Positions 1 to 9,793 of a stretch of 17,092 nucleotides of DNA are shown here, piece by piece. How positions within the stretch are numbered: the first letter of the stretch is position 1; each line of letters begins with the position of its first letter. The stretch is from Ginkgo biloba (Eukaryota; Plantae; Ginkgophyta). The stretch is taken from the NCBI GenBank assembly GCA_024626585.2, contig JANKJI020000002.1, positions 73,574,239-73,591,330 of the forward strand, given 5' to 3'. The notes under the pieces are model-generated. The model did no database searches, was not told where the DNA came from, and worked only from the letters and a program-made list of their open reading frames with translations. Both the position numbers and the translations under genes were made by a program.

Positions 1-1173
1 CACAATTGATCATACCAAAGTTAATCTCAATCGTTTATCTTTTTATAACCTTTTGTCATTCTATAGCCTTTTGTGACATGACAATCATGCACAAAATTGT
101 GACTTTGTCACAACCCTTTATCCTATCATTTCTTTATGCATCATAATGTTTTGCATTGTTGTTTCCTTATGCATTATTGTAGTATTTTTACATTGTTGTA
201 GCTAATTACAAACTTGCAATTGTATGCAATTTTGATAAATTTGTGTAACCTAAACAAATTCCTCTAACAAACATTTTTCTTAGAAGAAATTGTAGGACAT
301 TAAGATTTATGAGTGTTAATTGTCCTTATGATAACTCTAGATTCCTACCAAGGGGACCCTAGAACACCATTAGAAATTTTGGGCCTAAACTTAGCCATCA
401 AACAAGGTTGATTATTAGACTAATTTTATGTTTTTTTCATAAGATTGTTGGCTAATAACTATTATTCATCTTTAAATCTAACTCAAATCAATGACACAAA
501 GCTCCAAGTACTAGATGCCATTTACTATTCTTCTTAGATGATACAAACATATAATTACATGATTAGTGACATATATTCCTCTACAAGCACAATCAATTGA
601 TCTACACGATCATAAGGAAAAGGAACACAATGCACAAGAAAAACATAAAGGCAATGGGATTCAAGGAAGCACATGCAAATAAAAAGATACTCTATATTTG
701 TTAAAGAATTCTATATTTGTTAGTTTCTATAAAAATCCCATCTTTACTTCAACAATACTTTGAATTTCTCTACACAGCTCTAGGCAAGTACAAATATGAC
801 TCAATAACTATTATAATAATCATGTTTGATCTTCCTAATGCGTGAAACATCTTGGGAAAGTCTATGATGCAATAGTGGATTTACAAATGACAATGCCTCG
901 TATCCTCAAGAATGATTTTGAGGGCCAAGATATGGTCCATACTCTGGTAGTGACAAAAGAACCCCTCCTATCCTATGGCTCTCAAACTTGCCTTGTTAGC
1001 CAAGTCGAAAGGATGTGTATCTAACATAATTGTAGAGAGCTTGGCCAGTGTATCTAATATCTATCATTGATTAATATAAAACATTTATATCTTTGTTCAC
1101 TTTTTTTCATCCTCCATGTGTGTGAGTCAATGTAGTTTCTATTTGCTATTTTTACACAGTTATGATTGTTGTT

Positions 1174-1400
1174 CTATGAATCTGCATGCATGAAATCTAT
1201 TATGGAGATAACTACACCATGCTGGTTTCTAGCCATTGTGCAGACCAAGATCACCTTAGTATTGGTGAGAATAGTACGGTCTGGTCCTATGAATCTGCAT
1301 GCATCAAATCTATTACGGAGATAACTATGCCATGCCGGTTTCTAGCCATTGTGCAGACTAAGATCGCCTCAATATTGGTGAGAGTAGTACGGCCCGGTCC
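1174..1400. repeat. Tandem duplication, 2 x 113 bp
   Basis: Copies start at 1174 and 1287 (ctatgaatctgcatgcat...cggYcYggtc). They align without gaps, with 12 mismatches by manual count, 11 of them transitions. Confidence 0.95.
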
Positions 1401-2106
1401 TTATGGTTGTAGGCATATTGGTACTGACAAGGATGAATGATGTTGTTTAACCCTTTACCATGTATGTCAAGCCAATAAACAATATTCCCTTTACATATTT
1501 TCTACATCTTGCTATGATGGGTGAGCTTAAACTTAACCTTCCAAAGGAGAATTTAGATTCATCATCATGTTGCTTGGTCATTGGACAATGTCCAAAGGTG
1601 TAGAGAGAAGATAGCTACAAATGGTAAATGGAAATGAGTCTTTTGGAGCCTCTAAGGTCACTTATGTTGTCACTCTTTTTGAAGGATTCATGATCTATTG
1701 TATGGATTATATATACTAAAATGTAGGGAAGCATGGTCAAGGTAGATCTATCATTGCAGATTAAAGATATTCTCATGAGTTTGAGATCCCCCTGGGTTGA
1801 TATGATGGTCCCTAATTCCTTTAAGGATCAATAATAAATTTAAGGAGTGATTTCTCCCTGGAATCCTTTTCACCCTAGCTTTAATGACCTATGAGTCAAT
1901 GAAGGTAGCTATTCCTCCCAAGAGAGACACTCTCCCTAAATCAGTAAGGGAGTGATATGATGACCTGAGAACCCTTCCCTCAATTTTGTATAACTATGAA
2001 ATGGTNNNNNNNNNNNNNNNNNNNNNNNNNNNNNNNNNNNNNNNNNNNNNNNNNNNNNNNNNNNNNNNNNNNNNNNNNNNNNNNNNNNNNNNNNNNNNNN
2101 NNNNNA

Positions 2107-2600
2107 CCTATTTATTATGTTCCATAGCTTCAATTTCTTGTGCTCCGACTCTTTTCAATCTCTGCTCTTGGATTTGGGTGAGGTCTTTATCCATGTAAAT
2201 CTTATGTGGTAATGTGAACAGCTTTCTATTAGCTCGCAAAGCATATAACCTGTCCGTGGCATTTTTGAATTGGATCAAAAGTGTATAATCTGTGGTTAGC
2301 CAGGCTTTATTAGGAGAGATCTCCTGCAAGCCCAATGTACTATGGAGGAACCGATTAGCCATTTCCAAAGGGTCATCCAATTTCTGAAGTCCCTCTCACC
2401 CAAATGTGGAATGCTTTCACTTGCCTTGCCGATTTCTTATCAAATTTGGCTTGAATAGCTATTTCTGCAGGCATTGTGGGATTCTTCCCCTTTGCAACCT
2501 TTACCCAAGAGTTTTTCTCTTGATCACATTTGGTGTGGATCAAAGAAGTGGTAGTAAACTTTCCAACGGAGGTTGAAAAATGTGTAAGTACATGTGCAAT
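2107..2600 (-). mobile_element. Non-LTR retrotransposon (LINE) ORF1-like pseudogene fragment with an RRM/C-terminal-domain-like region
   Basis: The minus strand reads ...EKNSWVKVAKGK...SARQVKAFHIWVR. Removing one extra G at 2391-2393 continues it as GLQKLDDPLEMANRFLHSTLGL...KAW...LLIQFKNATDRLYALRANRKL...KIYMDKDLTQIQ. This matches the LINE ORF1 pattern (R..NL.I.GL ... LI.F....R...L...KL....IY...DLT). It ends at an assembly gap (2006-2105). Confidence 0.6.
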
Positions 2601-3080
2601 GCTACTTGAGTGACTGAACAGAAAGTTCTAGAAGAAGGAAATGTTGGGACAGATTAATTTCTAGAAGACAAGGATGGCAAAACAATTTTGGCTAGTCCAA
2701 TTTGTAATTTGATTTGCCAAATTACTCACCAGTCTATAATTTGATCCAATAAATTGCGGGAAGTCATCGAACAATGATTATTTTATCCTTGAGAGCACAA
2801 AACTTGCTTCCAGAGAAATTGAAATAATACTGCCAACCCAATAGGAATTTGTAAAGCGAACAGATTTCCTGTTACCTGATGAAACTTGTCATCAATGAAT
2901 CAAGTCTGCACTTTAGAGTGAAGTTAAAAGATAAAAAAAATGTATGGTTTAGAAGTGGGTTATGTTTCATGTATAGAGGAGGCCATCATGCTGTTTGGCT
3001 GGTCTTTTTGTTCAAAGGATTCCCATTACTAGCTTTTTGTAAAGCTGTTTCTGTTGCAAAGATTACTGACCTTCCTAATT

Positions 3081-3858
3081 TCATTTACATTCTTCTGACT
3101 TTTGATTATCTCCTGTATACATACATAGGTATCCTTCAAGGCATTTATTCACTATTTCACTTTGATTGTCTGTTTGCGGATGATATGTGGTGCTCATATT
3201 GAATCTTGTGCTTGCTAGTCTGAACAATTCTTTCCAGAAGTGACTTGTAAATTTTGGGCCCCTATCACATATTATCCTTCTGGGGAACCCATGCAACTTA
3301 TGCACTTCCTTCATAAACACCTCTGCCACTTTTAGAGCCTTGTAATTTACACTAATTGGTATGAAATGCACATATTTTGTTAATTTGTCCAATACTATGT
3401 AGATTCTATCTTTATTATTTGAATTTAGAAGCCTTATGATGAAATCCATAGCTACCTCTTCCCATTTTTTCTTTAGGATATTCAAAGGTTGATGTTTACT
3501 AAGCAATTATACAGATTCACTTTTTATCTCTGGAAGACATCAAACTCAACTAAAACTTTGTGATATCATTTTTTATTACATGCCAATAAAATAAGTGACT
3601 TATTTTTATATAAGTCTCTTTAAATCCAATATTCCCTACTATTGGAATTGAGCGCCCTTCTTCCATGATTTTCTAGATAAATTTTGAGCCTCTACCTAGG
3701 TATATCCTTTTCTTAAATATGATAAATTCATTTTTAATGACCTAATGCTCATACTTTTAGTTATTCCCAATATATTATTTTATACTACTAGTGGTAGTAT
3801 CCATATCATACCCCTTTTTAGCTTATTTGATCCATTTAGGTTTGAGTATAGCCATGTC
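3081..3858 (-). mobile_element. Degenerate Ty3/gypsy retrotransposon pol fragment (linker, zinc-finger region and integrase catalytic core), 3'-truncated
   Basis: ORF 3081-3506 reads KWEEVAMDFI...IVLDKLTKYVHFIP...LHGFPRRIICDRGPKFTSHFWKELF...TTYHPQTDNQSEIVNKCLEGYL, with exact D-(35)-E spacing. Upstream on the minus strand, interrupted by stops and frameshifts: ...FKKRIYLGRGSKFI*KIMEEGRSIPIVGNIGFKETYIKISHLFYWHVIKNDITKF/VEFDVFQR*K, which is a decayed HHCC zinc finger. Integrase similarity ends after ..YTGDNQK (about 3100). Confidence 0.92.
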
Positions 3859-5249
3859 ATTAAAAGTGGCATCTTAAATTTTTTGTGATAGGTGATGGTA
3901 TTCCATTATAGGATATTTGATTCCATCTACATCTATTATCTTGTCTGAACCATACCTTTCTCAGTCTAGGATTTCTCCAAATGAAGAAACTACCAAATAA
4001 TATAGAGAACTAATAATTTATCGATAAGGAAACAATAAATAATCCAAATAGAGTAATAATAAGATATTTATGCATGAGAAAGTTCTTGAATATATATATA
4101 ATAATCATAAATAATTCAACTACTAATAATATCAGAGTATTATAAATGGTTAGAACATAAATAATTGAATTAGACCTATTCTATATATCTTTTGAGTCTT
4201 CCATCTCTCTACACAAGTCTATATGTTACTTTTAGGGTGGGGAGAAAACACCACTATGAGTGAAAGAATTTGGGAAATAAATATTATAACTAGGTGAAAT
4301 CTTTAATATTTAAATAAGGAAAATGTGGGACTAGGTCATTCTTAATATTAGAAACAAGTTGATATACTATAATGTACAAGATCTCTCCTAGTTTGGAAGA
4401 GTCTAAATTATTCATATAAACGTGTCCTTTCTATATGTGTACTTTTCCTTTTCCTTATCCCATATTAAGAGTTTACAAAGAAATAAATTCCATTTAAAAA
4501 AATTATCTAAGGGGGGGGGAGGTATGATCCTNNNNNNNNNNNNNNNNNNNNNNNNNNNNNNNNNNNNNNNNNNNNNNNNNNNNNNNNNNNNNNNNNNNNN
4601 NNNNNNNNNNNNNNNNNNNNNNNNNNNNNNNTAGTGAAGAACTTTGCCTTTGTGTCGTTTTTTTTTTTGTGTGTGTGTGCCTGTGCGCATTTGATAATGA
4701 ATGAATATAGGAGGTTCCTGTGTGGATCGCTGTAGAAATATTGTAGGATTTGGCTTGCTTACACTATGGGAGCCATCTCCTATATGAACAGGGGGAGAAG
4801 TTTGTGAATATTTGTTCTGTTGCTGTTTAAGATCATTGATACGTATGAAGACAGATGAAATATATGATTGCTGCAATGAGTTGCAATTATACAAAAGTTG
4901 ACTGTGATTCTTTAGGTGTAGAATGTGTTTGAAATAAGTTCTACTTGAGATAATATTATTGATGATAGAAGACTGCTATCCGAGCTATGTCTAATGAAAA
5001 TGGGGATTGCTTGGTACTTAGTGTGAGAATAGATCTGCTAACATGTAATTATAGATGGTATTCTAAAGTTAGGTTTTACGGTTTTAGAAGGTTGAAGGTG
5101 CCAAGAACAATCATAATTGTTGGGTTTTTCTTAAGGATTTGTATGTTCTTCGAAAGGTGATTGAGAAATAATCAAATCCTTGTTGAACCTTTGATGGCTT
5201 GCTAAGTGGAATGCTGCTAGTGGATCTTTTGATGCCACTAGAGGAGCCT

Positions 5250-6269
5250 AAGCTGAGTTCAAAATCTTGGGCAGAGTGGTATCAAAGGCGAAGTCATAAT
5301 AAAGATGAGCGTAGAAATATACAGTCTAAATCAGTTTGAAGATAGATAGAAGCTTGGAGGGAAGCATGATAAAAGAAAGGCAGTTGGGGGGAATATGTAA
5401 AGTGAGCATGATACGCCACCCAAGATTGTAGAAGAAAATATACCAAAAACCCCAGATATGTGAAGTGATTGTTGAGTCATGAATAGACTCTGTATTGGAA
5501 GAATCAAATTGCTCGGTGTATCAAGGTAAGAAGGACAAAAATCTCCAAGCAACGATCAATCTTGAGGTTTAGATACCTAGTTGTGTTTCTTGATGAGGGG
5601 AGTATTTTCAAGATAGTAATTATGAAAGTGATAGTGCTGCATTAATTCCACCCAACAATGCTCAGAAGCATCCATTGTTTAAATCTACAGTGTTGACACA
5701 ATGAAGACAAATTAACCATCAAGAATTTTGTAAGATAACTTACCAAGTCAGTTGTTGACTAACCTGTGGGGGATTTATTATTTGCTCCTATATATGTGAA
5801 TAATTCGTTTGGATCAATTTCCCATGATGGAGTAGGATATCCAATAGGTCATTTGGCTCTTGCTCATAATACGAATCAGATCCAGGGCATTACAGACGAG
5901 GGGTAGACAAAAATGAGATTTTTTTAGACTCTTTGAGGGATTGCATTTGTTTTGTATACATGAATGGCTGAAACTATTACATCTTGAAAGGATCAACAAG
6001 GAACTTTCTTTGATAGATTTTGGGCGGCTTTGTGTCCTTGTGTGATTTTGAAAGCTTTGCAAGAAATCCGACAAGGGCATTATGCAATTTACAAGCTTTT
6101 GATGGTCAAATGCAAGTAATTGTTTCCAAGATGGATGAGAAAACACTAATCCAGAGTATGCAGGAAATAGATGACGCTTGGATCCTAAATACCTTGGGCC
6201 TTGAAATGGGTTCCCCTTGAAAGGGAGGAGAATAAAATCGGCATGGGGTCTACGGGAGTTCTAGTTACC
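5250..6269 (+). mobile_element. Possible decayed L1-type LINE ORF1 remnant interrupted by the LTR insertion
   Basis: Only short motifs: SKSWAE (about 5259-5276) and DAWILNTLGL / LKWVP (about 6173-6215), reminiscent of the DUF4283 GPW......L.L..W.P pattern. Many stops; weak. Confidence 0.2.
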
Positions 6270-6720
6270 AAGATTGTATGCCCGGAAGNNNNNNNNNNNN
6301 NNNNNNNNNNNNNNNNNNNNNNNNNNNNNNNNNNNNNNNNNNNNNNNNNNNNNNNNNNNNNNNNNNNNNNNNNNNNNNNNNNNNNNNNCCACAGTTGAAA
6401 GATAAAATTCGTCAACATCCCTTGTAGGACTATGATCAAGTTTGTCATTTGGCACTTCAATTTGACAAACAAAAGTAGATTGAATGACCTGTGGTCGGAT
6501 ATGACTCAAAAGAATGAAAATGGAATGTAGGCTTCATAAAACAGGATAGTTGGCTTGTAGTCAAAATTTGTACAAATTTGTGCACCTTTGGAGCAAGATT
6601 TTTATATATTCATAAACTAGACGTTGAGAGCTTTCCGACGATATCTCATTGTCAAAAAGTGGAGCTCGTATGTAGAAGTTATGCTCTTCGGAAGTTGGCA
6701 TATGAAAACTATTAGAACTG

Positions 6721-6990
6721 CCTTGTGACAGGCATATTAGCTTGCGATCGATGTGTTAGCCTTGTGACCAACATGTTAGCTTGCCACTAAGGAATTAGCC
6801 TACGACCAGTGCGCTAGCTTTGCAACTAATGTATTAGCCTTGCGATCGATGTGTTAGCTTGCAATCGACATGTTGGCCTTGCAATTGGTATGTTTGTCCT
6901 TGCAACCGATGTGTTTAGCCTTGCAATCGATGTGTTAGCTTGCAACTAGAGAGTCAACTTGCAATTGTAGTGTTCTCTTGCGACTGACAG
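6721..6990. repeat. Minisatellite, about 13.5 copies of a 19-21 bp unit (consensus about CCTTGCRAYCGATGTGTTAG)
   Basis: Head-to-tail units begin at 6721, 6741, 6760, 6780, 6799, 6818, 6838, 6858, 6877, 6898, 6919, 6939, 6958 and 6977, e.g. ccttgcgatcgatgtgttag (6838-6857) and ccttgcaatcgatgtgttag (6919-6938). Confidence 0.93.
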
Positions 6991-9588
6991 CCTGTGGACA
7001 ACATGAAGAAAAAGTCAAAATTCTAGCCAAGGGAATTTTTATCTTCATCATCTAGTTGGTTGGAATATTATGATTAGGCACCTAGTTAGCAGCTCAGTGG
7101 AAATCTAAAGTTACAAAAGGAGAACTAAACAGTCTTGTAACCGAGTTCTCTCTTTAGTTTTCTATTTTCTAACAGATTCTTCTTAGAAACTACCATTGGG
7201 AAGAAAATATAAAATGTAAAATGAATGCTAATGGATTCTTCTTCTTTTTTCTTTTAGGTCTTTTGGCCCCGATAGCTCTCTTTTACTATTTCTCATTAAT
7301 TTTTCTTTTTCCCACACAGTGGGATACTATAATATGCAACCACTAGAATAAATGCCACCTTAGGTAGATTTTGAGGTGTAAATTATAGATTTCATGTATA
7401 AGAAAAATCTACATTTTTCTCTATGGAAATTTCAGATTTAAATCTTGAAAGCAACTCTGATAACTTGCTACAGTCTTGAATTCTTTAGGGATAAATGTAG
7501 AGCATATTTTTGTATTNNNNNNNNNNNNNNNNNNNNNNNNNTTCAATGTTTGGAAATAAATTGCATGAAGGATATGAAATTTACAAACGATATTTTGGCA
7601 TTAGAGCTTGTTCACAACACTAGGGAAGAATTGGCATAAATAGTACAAAAATATGTAGAATTTGGTATTTGAGCCATTGACAACACTTGGAAAATTTAGA
7701 GGAAGCTCACAACACTATGAAATATAGAGCAGGTTTGCATTTCTAAGAAAATCTAGAGTAGGATTGAAGTGTGGAAAATTCTAGAGCATATTTTACTATC
7801 AAAGCAAGTTGCAAGTTTGAGGAAAAGGAGGAGAAAGTTCCAAGGCATAATGGTCACTCCTTGAAAACCCATGAAGGGTAAAACCTCTCTAATGGCCTCA
7901 AATTACAATTGGGCATGTTATGCTCAGTTTGCCTATCAAATAGTATGTCAAAATCATGAAAATACATTAGGGAATAATCCTAAGAGGACTATAAGATAAA
8001 AAAAGGGTTGATAAAGGTCATTAGCTAGTTAATAATACAACCCACTACATATTTGAAAAAGATAAAATAATGGAAAATGTCTCATAAAGTCCTTGAATTT
8101 ATCATCTATGAATACAAGGAGAGATTTTAGCCATGCATGCTTAAAATTCTGGAGTAACACAATTTTATTATATATTACTCATAAAGTTGGGGATAGAAAT
8201 GTAGTCAAGTTATGAAAGATAATGCAAATGGTTTCCACATAATGTGGGAGGATATATTATTAATTTAAAACCATGTAGGGATGAATTTAATTACAATAAT
8301 AAAAAGGATATGATGACTTTATAAAGGTAATCTTTAAATCTCGTATTTATCTTATGCAACCTTTATAGCTTTAGAGAATTATTTTATATACTTTTATATA
8401 TGGATTGGCCTTTCACATNNNNNNNNNNNNNNNNNNNNNNNNNNNNNNNNNNNNNNNNNNNNNNNNNNNNNNNNNNNNNNNNNNNNNNNNNNNNNNNNNN
8501 NNNNNNNNNNNNNNNNNNNNNNNNNNNNNNNNNNNNNNNNNNNNNNNNNNNNNNNNNNNNNNNNNNNNNNNNNNNNNNNNNNNNNNNNNNNNNNNNNNNN
8601 NNNNNNNNNNNNNNNNNNNNNNNNNNNNNNNNNNNNNNNNNNNNNNNNNNNNNNNNNNNNNNNNNNNNNNNNNNNNNNNNNNNNNNGGGCAAAGCTTTAT
8701 CTCTTACACAGATAATATGAAGGAATGATAAGAAGAGCAAACTTAAATGGAAATTGGATCAACTTCATAAAAGAGATTCAATAAGAAGATGGTTGGCAAT
8801 GAGTTGGCCTAAGGGTTTATCTTTGAAGGAATAGGGGGACTTGAATCAACACGAGTGAGAGGTACTGATTCATCGAGGAGGAAGAACAAGGGAAGTTGGC
8901 CCAAGGAGGAGGTATACTCACATTGAGAGCATTCCAACATCTTAGTACCTAGGACACCATCTAGCTACTTGGTGAGCGTTGTGGCTAGTTATCCAAGTGA
9001 CTCAATAAGATGGTTTTGTGCTTGTAAGGAGTTGAAGAAGAATGCATACTATTAGAAGTTGATGTGCTTGGAAATGAAGGCAAGCATGCCCATGAAACGA
9101 GCTTTGCGTTAGTTGTTGGAATGCAAGTATGGAAACCTAAACAATTCTTGTAGTAGAAGGTCCATTGAATTAGATTTACTTCTATGACCATTTATGTTAT
9201 GCNNNNNNNNNNNNNNNNNNNNNNNNNNNNNNNNNNNNNNNNNNNNNNNNNNNNNNNNNNNNNNNNNNNNNNCTAGGACTGAGGAAGTGTTTGACTAAGA
9301 GAAAGCCCTAAATAAGCATGTGAGAAGCCAATGGCATTCAAGGACGAAGAAAAGGGTTAGAAGAGAGCTTAACTGGGAGTTAAGCATTCTTATTCTGAAG
9401 ATTAGGAGCAAATTTGGATGGTGGGATCCTTTAAAAGGCAAAAACAGGCTAAGTGCTTAAGTCTGCTTACACTAAACCTTNNNNNNNNNNNNNNNNNNNN
9501 NNNNNNNNNNNNNNNNNNNNNNNNNNNNNNNNNNNNNNNNNNNNNNNNNNNNNNNNNNGACCTTAAGTACACATGTCCCTTCGAGGCT

Positions 9589-9600
9589 TATAAATAGGGG
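9589..9600 (+). promoter_or_regulatory. TATA box of the putative LTR promoter
   Basis: TATAAATAGGGG followed by a pyrimidine-rich stretch (cctccttatttccaccatctcatt), an arrangement typical of the plant LTR U3/R boundary. It lies about 750 bp before the ...ATTACA end. Confidence 0.55.
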
Positions 9601-9648
9601 TGTACGACCTCCTTATTTCCACCATCTCATTTCGACGTTTTCTACTTA

Positions 9649-9793
9649 TTGACTGCATTTATTACAGATCGAATTGTTTTGTCCTTGACTGTACAGCCTG
9701 TCCTTGATCGTACAACAGAGTTCCTTTGATCGAGTTGACTGCATTTATTGCAGGTCGAATTGATCTTGATCGTACAACAAAATTCCTTTGATT
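9649..9793. repeat. Imperfect tandem repeat (unit about 62-86 bp) running into an assembly gap
   Basis: ttgactgcatttattRcagRtcgaattg at 9649 and 9735, each followed by cttgatcgtacaacaRaRttcctttgat. Copy 1 has an extra 24 bp or so containing a sub-repeat (tccttgactgtaca). Confidence 0.85.

Noticed and set aside
842-1024. Possible hAT transposase remnant (LGKVYDAI resembles the hAT P.LG.VYE motif)
   Set aside because: Only one short motif, and no other hAT blocks or terminal inverted repeats were found. It needs an HMM search.
1340-1605. Possible L1 ORF1 remnant on the plus strand (PQYW.E, LNLPKE, C...GQCPK)
   Set aside because: Motifs are too degenerate and the zinc knuckle is incomplete; cannot be distinguished from chance by eye.
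1800-2005. Possible LINE ORF2 endonuclease start on the minus strand (GGIATFI at 1918-1898)
   Set aside because: Position and strand fit, but the other APE motifs (Y.P, GDFN, SDH) were not found.
2879-3202. 107-aa plus-strand ORF
   Set aside because: Partly antisense to the integrase and has no recognisable motif.
4658-4680. Poly-T plus short (GT)n tract
   Set aside because: Ordinary short microsatellite next to a gap, with no further structure.
6721-6990. CRISPR-like array
   Set aside because: Units are only 19-21 bp in total, the variable middles are homologous to each other rather than unique spacers, there are no cas genes, and the context is eukaryotic.
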